From Deltaproteobacteria bacterium (lineage in GTDB: Bacteria; Desulfobacterota; Desulfomonilia; UBA1062), in NCBI GenBank assembly GCA_018433085.1, contig JAHDRW010000028.1, forward strand, positions 4,804 through 68,803: a stretch of DNA of 64,000 nt. Direction: 5' to 3'. The notes beneath the pieces are model-generated. The model had not been told where the DNA came from. It searched no databases and worked only from the letters and a program-made list of their open reading frames with translations. Position 1 is the stretch's first letter. Each line of letters opens with the position of its first letter. Below, piece after piece: positions 54,998 to 63,867 of the stretch. A program made the translations under genes and the position numbers.

Positions 54998-55606
54998 TTA
55001 TGCACCCGGTGTGGCCGCGCAATACCGGTCACCCTCCCGGAACACCCGGCCCATCCGCATGAGCCTGTCCAGGTGCTTGTGCATCATGTGCCGCTCCGAT
55101 ACGGCCAGGTTCCAGGCCCCGATGCTCTCTGCCCGTCCATGGATGATCCCCTGGTCCGTTATCCGGTCCAGGGTCGCGGGCCCCTGGCGAAGGAATTCCA
55201 GCGGCCGCTCTTCACGTGTCGCTATGCTTCCGAGGTACTGCTCGATGAGTTCCGGGTCTCCCTCGTGCACCCCTTTCCCGTGAGCGGTGAGGTAGACATC
55301 GGCGGGGATGGTCTTGAGGCGCTTTAAGGACGAGATAGTCTGGTCCAGGTCCGAGACCGGGTCTCCGTAATACGGCCCTGATTTTACCAGGTCCCAGTCC
55401 GCGAGATAGAGAATTCGCTCTTGGGGGAAATAAAAGGAACAGTGCCCCGGGGTGTGGCCGGGCGAGTGCACTACCCGGCACAGTGTGCCGCCCGGATTCA
55501 ACTCAAGGGTCTCGAACGGACACCGTACACCGTCCGTCTCCGCGCCCGTCCATGACCCCGCTCCACGCTTCCGCTTGCGCCGACCGCCGGCATCATCAGG
55601 AAACAC
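54998..55606 (-). pseudogene. MBL-fold metallo-hydrolase, apparently 5'-truncated
   Basis: Contains the distal MBL motifs (HSPGHTPGH, LADWDL, LTAHG) and a C-terminal helical extension. No HxHxDH motif is present. The first ~25 codons (MFPDDAGGRRKRKRGAGSW) look non-native, and no continuation appears in other frames upstream. Confidence 0.5.
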
Positions 55607-55794
55607 CGGTCATTGTAGTATAGAAGATAGCCAGGGGAAACACCAATGATGAGATACTCCGGCGACCGGAAGCGCCCTTTCCCCGGGCAGAAGGATGAGG
55701 CCCCTGGACAATTATCGGCAGAAGGACACGGCGCACTTGTTTTTTATTAGTTATTCAACTAAATTAAATATTGACAACCCCGGCGGGATTCATA

Positions 55795-55812
55795 ATTAGT
55801 CATGTGACTAAT
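55795..55812. promoter_or_regulatory. perfect 8+2+8 palindrome (candidate operator) upstream of ald
   Basis: ATTAGTCA-TG-TGACTAAT at 55795-55812, 3 nt upstream of the ald SD (GAAGGAGG, 55816-55823). A TTGACA hexamer lies at 55771-55776 in AT-rich DNA. Confidence 0.45.
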
Positions 55813-55828
55813 ATTGAAGGAGGTTGCC

Positions 55829-56941
55829 ATGAAGGTTGGTGTCCCCAGGGAGATCAAGGAGCGTGAAGGGAGGGTTGCCATAACCCCGGCAGGGGTGTCG
55901 GCGCTGACCGGCCACGGGCATGTGGTGTATGTGGAGAAGGGCGCCGGGGCGGGCTCAGGCATAACGGACGAGGCCTTTGAAAAGGCGGGTGCGTTCATGG
56001 CCTCGGATTCCGAGTCCCTCTGGGATTCCTCAGAAATGATCGTCAAGGTCAAGGAGCCCGTGGAAGCGGAGTTCGAGCGGATGCGCGAGGGGCAGGTCCT
56101 CTTTACCTACCTGCATCTCGCCGCATCGGAAAAACTGACGGACAAGCTTCTCGAGCGTGGGATCATCGGGATTGCATACGAGACCATCCAGCTCGAGGAC
56201 GGTTCGCTCCCCCTGCTGGCACCCATGAGCGCCGTGGCCGGAAGGTTGTCCATTCAGGTCGGGTGCGCATGCCTGGAGGCGAAAAACAGGGGCAAGGGCA
56301 TCCTGCTCTCGGGTGTCCCCGGGGTGCATCCCGGCAAGGTCACCATCCTGGGCGGAGGCATTTCCGGCCTTAACGCGGCACACCTGGCCGCGGGCATGGG
56401 TGCCCTGGTCACCTTGCTGGACATCAGCCAGAAAAGGCTCGGCTACCTTTCCGACCTCTTCCACTCACGGGCCGTCACCCTCATGTCAACCCCTGCCAAT
56501 GTGGAACGGAGCGTGGTGGAGGCGGACCTGGTCATCGGCTCAGTTCTCGTCCCGGGGGCAAAAGCTCCCCATCTCATCACCCGGGAGCTCCTCAGGAAGA
56601 TGGAACCAGGGTCCGCCCTGGTGGACATCGCCATAGACCAGGGAGGGTGTGCCGAAACGAGCAGGCCCACCACCCACGACAATCCAGTCTACATCGAAGA
56701 GAACATTGTGCATTATTGCGTGTCCAACATGCCCGGCGCGGTGCCCCGTACCTCCACCCAGGCACTGACCAATGTGTCTCTGCCCTATGTGGTGGAACTG
56801 GCGAACAAAGGATGGCCCAGGGCCCTGCGGGAGAACAGCGCCCTGGCAAAGGGGCTGAACGTCATGAAGGGGAGCCTCGCCAACAGGAAGGTGGCCGAGG
56901 CTTTCGACCGGGAGTATACCGACTGCCGGTCGCTCCTGTAA
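55829..56941 (+). CDS. ald: alanine dehydrogenase
   Basis: MKVGVPREIKEREGRVAITPAGV opening, NAD motif ILGGGISGLNAAHLAAGMGA and MPGAVPRTST. 370 aa. The ATG at 55829 follows GAAGGAGG. Confidence 0.92.
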   Translation: MKVGVPREIKEREGRVAITPAGVSALTGHGHVVYVEKGAGAGSGITDEAFEKAGAFMASDSESLWDSSEMIVKVKEPVEAEFERMREGQVLFTYLHLAASEKLTDKLLERGIIGIAYETIQLEDGSLPLLAPMSAVAGRLSIQVGCACLEAKNRGKGILLSGVPGVHPGKVTILGGGISGLNAAHLAAGMGALVTLLDISQKRLGYLSDLFHSRAVTLMSTPANVERSVVEADLVIGSVLVPGAKAPHLITRELLRKMEPGSALVDIAIDQGGCAETSRPTTHDNPVYIEENIVHYCVSNMPGAVPRTSTQALTNVSLPYVVELANKGWPRALRENSALAKGLNVMKGSLANRKVAEAFDREYTDCRSLL

Positions 56942-57152
56942 AGGCTGTATGCCTGAGCGGGAGCACACCGACCGTGGCTCGGCGGGACGATCTGTGGGCA
57001 GGTGCCCGCCCGGACAGGAGGCACCGGTTCCCGGGTGAGCATTGGTGGAGCCGGCATCGGTTCCTGCGCCCCGGGGCGCAGGTTGAACATGTGCGTGGAA
57101 CGGTTCCAGTGTCTGTGCTGGGCCGGATATTTCATGAACGGGGAGGTTTGCA

Positions 57153-58790
57153 GTGGAATATTGTCAGGAAACGGCATTCCTAAACGCGGTCATATGGGCG
57201 GGCAGTCCCATCAGGAAAATGCAGGGAACCATGCGGATCGGGGGCGGGAAGATCCTGGGTATTGCCGCAAACGGACAGGCCCCGGGTGATGACCGGGATG
57301 CCCGGGACCTCACGGGAAGGCACATCATCCCCGGGCTCATCGACGCGCACCGGCATTTTTTCATATCAGCGCTTATCGCCCGGCACCGGGACGCGGGCGG
57401 ATGGAAGTCCAAATCCGATGCCCTGGACGCCATCCGTGAGGCGTGCCGCGGGGACCGGTCACCGGCCGGGTGGGTGTTTTTCTCGCGCATGGATCATACG
57501 AAGTGGAAGAATCCCGTACTGCCCACCTTAAGAGAGATGGACGCCATAGCCGGGTCGCGGCCGGTATTCGTTACGGACCTTACGCTGCACCGGTCGCTGG
57601 CTTCCACCGAGGCGATGCGGCGTGCGCAGCTCAGCAGGGATAGTCTCCGCTTTGCCGGGGACATGGATGTCCGCCGAAACGGCGAGCTCAAGGGCACCGT
57701 GTGGGAGGAGGCCCTTGGCAGAATTCTGTCCACCATGTACCGGGAGACGCTCCGGCATGCAACCGGGCAGGAAAAGCGGGAGATCATCCTCCAGGAGGCG
57801 AGCCGGTGCATCCGGATGGGTATCACCCATGTCCATGACCCGGGTGTCTCTTCCGACGTGCAGGTTCTCCTGGACGACGCGGGCAGGCATACCCCCCTGA
57901 AAATCAGCTGGGCGGTCGCTTCCGGGCAGTGCCTGTATACGCCGCCGTGCAGCGATGACGAGGCCGAGGCCGTCCATTCCCCCCATGCTCCCAGGAGCGT
58001 GAAATTCTTCCTGGACGGAGCCCATCGCACCGCGGCCAGCATGCCGGTCATGGCGGGCCTCAAGGCAACGATCCGGGCGGGGTTCGACAGCGTGTCCCAG
58101 ATGAACCTCGCCCCCGTGAAGCTCCTGCTCGAGCAGAAGATTCTCCTGAAGGGCGGGCGTCTGGTCATGCCGTATCTGCGGTTCGAAGATGCCCGTGATC
58201 TCCAGAAGCGGGCATCCGTGTTCTCCGAAAAAGGCTACCGGCTGGTGATTCACGCACTGGGAAATGTGGCCGTCCGGCAGGCGGCCGAGCTCATCAGGAC
58301 GATCCGGCCCGCCGGCGGTGCTTCGGTGGAGCACCTGCTCGTCATGGACGACGAAGACCTGGACATATTCGCCGGATGCGGGGCCGTGGCGTCGGTCCAG
58401 CCGGGCTTCATTCCCGGGTACGCCGAGACCATCGAGCGCATGGGGGCCATACCTTATCTGAAAACCTTTGCCCTGGGCAGCATGAAAAGGCGGGGCATCC
58501 CTGTCTGCATCAGTTCGGATGGACCCTGCGGGCCGGACGATCCCCTGTACAACGCCAGAAGGGCCGCAGACCGGAGAAAACCCGACGGCACCATGCTGGA
58601 TCCCGACGAACGGCTTTCCCAAGAAGACGCCCTGGCCGCCGCCAGCATCGGGGGAAGTCTCTCCATGGGCATGGCCAATGGGGGGCTGTGCACGGGAGCA
58701 CCTGCAACGTTCTGCGTGGTGGACGGAGACCCCTTCTCCGATGCGAGCCGCGTGATCCAGACCTGGATCGACGGGGTGAGGGTATATTGA
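57153..58790 (+). CDS. amidohydrolase family protein (Amidohydro_3-type, TIM-barrel metal hydrolase)
   Basis: GTG at 57153, 6 nt after GGGGAGG. IIPGLIDAHRHFF (HxH motif), a later VHDPG, IHALGN and SSDGPCG motifs, and the C-terminal W.DG..V. Confidence 0.8.
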   Translation: MEYCQETAFLNAVIWAGSPIRKMQGTMRIGGGKILGIAANGQAPGDDRDARDLTGRHIIPGLIDAHRHFFISALIARHRDAGGWKSKSDALDAIREACRGDRSPAGWVFFSRMDHTKWKNPVLPTLREMDAIAGSRPVFVTDLTLHRSLASTEAMRRAQLSRDSLRFAGDMDVRRNGELKGTVWEEALGRILSTMYRETLRHATGQEKREIILQEASRCIRMGITHVHDPGVSSDVQVLLDDAGRHTPLKISWAVASGQCLYTPPCSDDEAEAVHSPHAPRSVKFFLDGAHRTAASMPVMAGLKATIRAGFDSVSQMNLAPVKLLLEQKILLKGGRLVMPYLRFEDARDLQKRASVFSEKGYRLVIHALGNVAVRQAAELIRTIRPAGGASVEHLLVMDDEDLDIFAGCGAVASVQPGFIPGYAETIERMGAIPYLKTFALGSMKRRGIPVCISSDGPCGPDDPLYNARRAADRRKPDGTMLDPDERLSQEDALAAASIGGSLSMGMANGGLCTGAPATFCVVDGDPFSDASRVIQTWIDGVRVY

Positions 58791-58856
58791 GGTAAAGTGA
58801 ACAGTGGAGTGGCAATAAACCATGCGTGAGAAAATCATGCAGTGAAGGAGGATTGT

Positions 58857-60260
58857 ATGGGATACAGCGGGTGTAGGAAAATGGATGTCCAGGAGCGTGA
58901 CTATGTCCAGCACCTTTTCGGCAGGCATATCTCCAGAGGCCAGGTGAGATACCTGAGGTGCGCGCACCTGGATATCTATGAGCGCGACCGGCAGGGCTGC
59001 ACGGTGACGGATGCGGTTTCGGGGAAGCGATTCTTCGACTGCTTCAGCTCCGCCGGGTGCTTCAACGTGGGCAGGGGCAACCCGAAGATCAGGGAGACCC
59101 TGGAGAGAGCCCTGGACGACTGGGACATGGGGTCGCACCGGATGCTCTCGGAGCCCAAGATCAGGTTTGCGGAGAAGCTTGCATCGCTCTGTCCGGGCGA
59201 CCTCAAGAAGGTGGTGCTCTGCGCGACGGGCGCGGACGCGTGTGCGGCGGCCATAAAGCTGGCCAAGGGCGCCACGGGCAGGAACGACGTGATCACCATG
59301 GACAAGGCGTACCACGGGCACGAGGGCTTCAGCCTTTCCGCCAACGGCAAAGACTACTACAAGGAGCTGTTTCTGCCCCTGATGCCGGGATTCCACGTCG
59401 TTCCGTTCAACGACCTGGAGGCGGTAAGGAAGGTGGCGTCAAAGGACACCGCAGCCATCGTGCTGGAGCCGGTGCAGGGTGAGGGCGGCATTCACGTGGC
59501 CACCCGGGAGTTCATGAACGGCTTGAGGAAGCTTTGCGACGAACTGGGCATCATGCTCATCTTCGACGAAGTCCAGACCGGCTTCGGCCGTACGGGCAAG
59601 CTATGGGGGATGGAGCACTATGGGCTTGTCCCGGACATCATGTTCATCGCCAAGTCAATCAGCGGTGGGTTCTACCCCAACGGCGCGGTGGTCTACCGTG
59701 ATACTGAACGACTCACCGGCTACGTGGAACAGAATCCCCTTTTTCACTCATCCCACTCGGGCGGATCGGACTTGGGCTGCATCGTTTCCTCGGCCGTGTT
59801 GGACTACCTGGCCGAGAACAAGGTCTGGGACCACGCGGCAGAGATCGGGGCGCGGTTCAAGGAAGGGCTCATGGAAATATGGAGGGAAAACAGCCACGTG
59901 GTTCGGGAGGTGAGGGGGCTCGGCCTCATGATCGGCATTGAGTACAAATACGAGTTCCTGGGCGCGCTCATGGCCGACTGTCTGGCAAAGCAGGGCGTCT
60001 GGGCGGTGTACTCGGGCAACGCCCCGCAGGTCATGCGATTCCAGATCCCCGTCACCGCCGCCATGGACGAGGTGGAGGAGCTCCTGGCCCGCATCAGGGC
60101 CGCGGTGGACTCCATGAAGATATACCTGGTTCTTCTCCTTCCTCTGGCGAAGGTTCCCCTGTTCCGAATGGCTCTCGACAACCTGAAGGTGCAGATCATC
60201 GCATTCAACCTCGTGCGGGATCTGGAAGAGTTCGTCTTCAAGTATGTACTGAAGCGGTAA
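58857..60260 (+). CDS. class-III PLP-dependent aminotransferase (catalytic lysine present) with C-terminal hydrophobic extension
   Basis: ATG at 58857, 5 nt after GAAGGAGG. Motifs ATGADACAAAIKLAKG, YHGH, LEPVQGEGG, IFDEVQTGFGRTG and PLP lysine in FIAKSISGG. About 45 extra residues follow the fold (KIYLVLLLPLAKVPLF...). Confidence 0.85.
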   Translation: MGYSGCRKMDVQERDYVQHLFGRHISRGQVRYLRCAHLDIYERDRQGCTVTDAVSGKRFFDCFSSAGCFNVGRGNPKIRETLERALDDWDMGSHRMLSEPKIRFAEKLASLCPGDLKKVVLCATGADACAAAIKLAKGATGRNDVITMDKAYHGHEGFSLSANGKDYYKELFLPLMPGFHVVPFNDLEAVRKVASKDTAAIVLEPVQGEGGIHVATREFMNGLRKLCDELGIMLIFDEVQTGFGRTGKLWGMEHYGLVPDIMFIAKSISGGFYPNGAVVYRDTERLTGYVEQNPLFHSSHSGGSDLGCIVSSAVLDYLAENKVWDHAAEIGARFKEGLMEIWRENSHVVREVRGLGLMIGIEYKYEFLGALMADCLAKQGVWAVYSGNAPQVMRFQIPVTAAMDEVEELLARIRAAVDSMKIYLVLLLPLAKVPLFRMALDNLKVQIIAFNLVRDLEEFVFKYVLKR

Positions 60261-60273
60261 GGGAGGTGCGGAA

Positions 60274-61536
60274 ATGAAAAAGGCAGTTTCGACCAAACAA
60301 ACGGACAGGGACACGAAACAGACCGACAGGGACAATCTCTTTGCAGCAGCGGAGCGGGTGTTTTCCAAAAGTTTTGTGGATGATATCCGGAGCAGGGGGC
60401 ATGGCTTCCTGGAGGCAGGCCGGGAGGGTTCGTATATCTTCGATGAAGAGGGCAACCGGTATCTCGACTGCTTCACTTCAGCCGGGACCTTCAACCTGGG
60501 CAGAAAGAATCCGGCCATAGCGGCGCAGCTTAAAAAGGCACTCTTTGAAACCGACCAGGGCAACTTCGTGATGCCCTCCGAAGAAAAGGCCCTGCTTGCC
60601 AGAAGGATCGCCGAATTTGTGCCTGGCAGTCTGGAGTGCGTCCTCTTCGGGGTGACCAGGGGCGAGTCCATGGATGCGGCCTGCAAGCTCGCCCGGGGGT
60701 TCACGGAGAGGCCTGAGCTCATAACGGTGGACGGAGGGTGCTACGGAGAATCCGGGTTTGCCTTGAGCCTCTCCGCCAGAAAGGGCAAGGAACAGTTCGG
60801 CGCACTGATCCCCGAGGTGAAGGTCGTGCCGTTCGGCGATGCGGATGCGGCACGCTCGGCAATCAGCCCCCGGACAGCGGCCTTCATCATGGAGCCCGTG
60901 CAGGCGGAGAACGGCTGCCGGGAGGCCGAAAAGGCGTACTACGCCCAAATCCGCTCCCTGTGCGACCGGCACGGTGCAAAGCTCATCTTCGATGAAACCC
61001 AGAGCGGTTTCGGGAGAACCGGCGCCCGGTTCTTCTTCGAACACATCGGTGTGGAGCCGGACATCCTCATCGTGGGAGAGGCCATCACCGGAGGCGTCTT
61101 TCCCATGACGGCCATGGTTTTCACCCCTGAGCTCAAGGGGTTTTTCGACATACACCCGCTCATCCATCTCTGCACCTTCGGCGGACACGATCTGGGCTGC
61201 AGGGTGGCCATGACCGCGCTTGACGAGTATGACCGGGAGTGCCCCTGGGGGAACGCCCGGGAAACGGGCGAGAAGCTGATCAAGAACCTGGGAGGGCTGG
61301 CGGGCGGAAACAAGCCCCTGAAGTCGGTGACAGGCAGAGGACTGCTCATCTCGCTCAATTTCGGTGCAGAGGAAACCGCCGGCGCATTCTGTTCCCATGC
61401 GGCAAAGAACGGGCTGTTTGCTGACACCGGCAGGGTGGACGGCTCATGCGTGCTGCTGAGGCCGAGCCTGCTCATAGGCGGGGAAGAGGCGGCCGCTGTC
61501 ACGGATGCGGTGGAGCGCACGCTGAAATCGCTGTAA
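60274..61536 (+). CDS. class-III aminotransferase paralogue lacking the PLP-binding lysine (Glu at that position)
   Basis: Aligns along its length with the upstream gene (FDCFSSAGCFNVGRGNP vs LDCFTSAGTFNLGRKNP; IFDEVQTGFGRTG vs IFDETQSGFGRTG). It has IVGEAITGG where the partner has FIAKSISGG (GAG codon at 61078-61080), and CYGE instead of YHGH. Confidence 0.8.
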   Translation: MKKAVSTKQTDRDTKQTDRDNLFAAAERVFSKSFVDDIRSRGHGFLEAGREGSYIFDEEGNRYLDCFTSAGTFNLGRKNPAIAAQLKKALFETDQGNFVMPSEEKALLARRIAEFVPGSLECVLFGVTRGESMDAACKLARGFTERPELITVDGGCYGESGFALSLSARKGKEQFGALIPEVKVVPFGDADAARSAISPRTAAFIMEPVQAENGCREAEKAYYAQIRSLCDRHGAKLIFDETQSGFGRTGARFFFEHIGVEPDILIVGEAITGGVFPMTAMVFTPELKGFFDIHPLIHLCTFGGHDLGCRVAMTALDEYDRECPWGNARETGEKLIKNLGGLAGGNKPLKSVTGRGLLISLNFGAEETAGAFCSHAAKNGLFADTGRVDGSCVLLRPSLLIGGEEAAAVTDAVERTLKSL

Positions 61537-61740
61537 TCAGATCCTCGGGCAAACCACGTACCGGCATACCAGAAGGGGGGGCAACTTCACTTCAGGTCCC
61601 CCCCCTTCCCGCTTTTCCTCCGAGAGCGGAACCCCGAGCCCGGAGGGCCACGGGCGACCGTGATCCGGTCCTGTTGATTCACAGGGAGTAATGTGCCATA
61701 CTCTGGGGCACTGATAGCACCGGAGAAAGGTGGCCGAATC

Positions 61741-62331
61741 GTGGCAAGGAAACCGGTACGGGAAGAGCGGAAAAAGCAGATACTCAAGGCGCTGGACCAG
61801 TGCCTTCGGGAGAAATCCTTTCAGAAGACCTCCATCAAGGATATCTCCCGGGTTGCTGGCGTAAACCACGGTGTGCTGCACTATTATTTCGCGAACAAGG
61901 AAGACATCCTCCTGCAGTATATCGATTACGTGGTGAAGGACTTCAAATCGCAGATGCAGGAGCTGACGGCATCCGGAAACATGCCAGGCATGTCGCAGGC
62001 CGATTTCGTCAGGGAGGTCTTCGGCTTCGTGAACCACAGGATCACGCTCGACCGGAATCTCTCGAAGATCTTCGTGGAGATCTGGGAGATCGGGCTGTAT
62101 AATGATGCGGTGCGCGCAAAACTGCGGCAGGCGTATGTCGAGTGGATTCAGACCCTGGCCGGGAATATCGGCGGCGGCTCGACGGACACGGATGCCGCGT
62201 CCGTCATGAGTGTCGCCATGGTTGCCTTCTGGGAGGGAATGGCGCTGCTCTCCACGGTATTCGAAAACGGGGAGATACGGTTCGAAGAGGTCCTTGAGAG
62301 ATTTCAGCAGCAGATCATCGAGATTCTGTAA
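61741..62331 (+). CDS. TetR/AcrR-family transcriptional regulator
   Basis: HTH region ILKALDQCLREKSFQKTSIKDISRVAGVNHGVLHYYFANKEDIL. The frame is open from the GTG at 61693. The GTG at 61741 after GGAGAAAGG is preferred, but the start is uncertain. Confidence 0.8.
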   Translation: MARKPVREERKKQILKALDQCLREKSFQKTSIKDISRVAGVNHGVLHYYFANKEDILLQYIDYVVKDFKSQMQELTASGNMPGMSQADFVREVFGFVNHRITLDRNLSKIFVEIWEIGLYNDAVRAKLRQAYVEWIQTLAGNIGGGSTDTDAASVMSVAMVAFWEGMALLSTVFENGEIRFEEVLERFQQQIIEIL

Positions 62332-62489
62332 AATGTTTCCGGCCTCCACCGGCCCATGCCGGGGACGGGTGAGATGATCCGCCCGCCCGTTTCTTCTCGG
62401 GCCGGCGGGTTGTGGTGCTGTTCATGGAATTGGGGCACGGGGAAAGGGGATGCCCTTCCCCCTCTCTCCCGCGCCGGATGAAGGTATGG

Positions 62490-63350
62490 CTACAGAGGAT
62501 AGAATCTGACCTGGAGCAGCTTTGCCCCGTTGTTGTCCATGTTCCAGAGATAGTCGACGTAATCTCCGATGTTAAACACCCACTCGTTCAGATACTCCAT
62601 GCAGTAGACCGGAGTCCCTTCGCACAGGGAATCCTCGGTCATGGGGGAGCACTCGTCGAATATCCCGTCTGAGTCCAGGTCCACACAGCAGGAATCCGGC
62701 GGCGTGAACTCGTCGGGGGCGGTGAGATAGCAGACGCTTCCCGACCATTGGAACAGACCGGTGATATCGGTTGCCCGGGACTTTCCCGAGGTGCGGACAA
62801 AGCTGGCAGAGGTCGTCAGGAAGCCCCTGTCCGTGACCAGGCCGAGATAGAGCAGGTCGTTGCCGAACTCATCCTGCACCATGACGAACCCGGGGTCGTA
62901 GATCTCGATGGTTCTGAGATCGCCGGTATCTTTCGAGGGTTTTCCCAGGACCCGGGCATAGACCCGGTAGCCGTTCTTGTTTTTCGGCAGGCGCAGGGTC
63001 GCGGGATCGTTCGGGGTAAAGCCGGTGCAGGTATCCGTCACCTGCAGCCCCGTTACATCGGGTGCGCTCTTGGGACCCTTCTTGCCCGATTCCATGACGA
63101 TCTGCACATTATACTCAGGATATTCCGGCATGAAGATAACGTTTCCATAGACCGGGTCGCCATACTCGTCACAGGAGACACCGGGGCAGGAGAAGTCGCC
63201 TTTCTTGGCGATGATGGTGAGATTGAAGTGCCCGCCCGAGGGGAATCCGTTGGGGTTGACCTCGCTGCCCGGTCCGGTGCAGTGCGCATAGCCGGTAATG
63301 AGGAGAATCAGTACGCATGCCAGGATTGCCTCTTTTATCAGCTTGCCCAT
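62490..63350 (-). CDS. hypothetical secreted Cys-rich protein
   Basis: AAGGAGG SD and signal peptide MGKLIKEAILACVLILLITGYAHC. 286 aa with about 13 Cys, including CCVDLDSDGIFDEC. No family recognised. Confidence 0.55.
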   Translation of the reverse strand: MGKLIKEAILACVLILLITGYAHCTGPGSEVNPNGFPSGGHFNLTIIAKKGDFSCPGVSCDEYGDPVYGNVIFMPEYPEYNVQIVMESGKKGPKSAPDVTGLQVTDTCTGFTPNDPATLRLPKNKNGYRVYARVLGKPSKDTGDLRTIEIYDPGFVMVQDEFGNDLLYLGLVTDRGFLTTSASFVRTSGKSRATDITGLFQWSGSVCYLTAPDEFTPPDSCCVDLDSDGIFDECSPMTEDSLCEGTPVYCMEYLNEWVFNIGDYVDYLWNMDNNGAKLLQVRFYPL

Positions 63351-63867
63351 TTCTCGCGCCTCCTTATGTGATCTTTGCCCGCTTCGGGCGAAGAACCTTG
63401 CTCCGGTATTCCCCGGTTCTCTCTTCCCTGAAGAAAGGTACCCGGTCTTCGATGTATCGTCCGGAGCGATTCCGGTATATCAATAACTGTGCCGCATGAA
63501 AGGTGTTAATATAAGAGGCCTTATTATAAATTATAGTCTTCACTGGTACACGATATCGTATTCCGTGTTTCAAGATTGGCAGGGAAGGGGAGTGGGGAAA
63601 AAGGACGGATATCGCCAGTGAAAACCGTTGTCTCGTTTCCCGCTCCCGTCCAAGGATGCGTTCCCGTGGCCCTGCACTGACTTCCCCTTTCCCGAAGGAG
63701 CGAAAGACGCATCCTTATGAAAGGAACTCCTTTTGAAGACAGGTCGCCCGGGTACGTTCACCATCTCCCTGAAGCAGGGCCGAGAAAAGAAGTCGTGCAT
63801 TGACTCTCGTTTGAATGCGTGTCAGTCATTCGGTAACGAAGGAAAAGGCGAAAGGAGATCAGCGTCC

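Noticed and set aside
55771-55799. Canonical sigma70 promoter call for ald
   Set aside because: TTGACA is perfect. The best -10 candidates are either poorly matched (TAATTA at a 16-nt spacing) or badly spaced (CATAAT at 14 nt). I therefore report the promoter only as context for the palindrome, not as a feature.
57528-59396. 622-aa minus-strand ORF
   Set aside because: It is antisense to the amidohydrolase and the first aminotransferase, both motif-supported. It is a typical high-G+C shadow frame.
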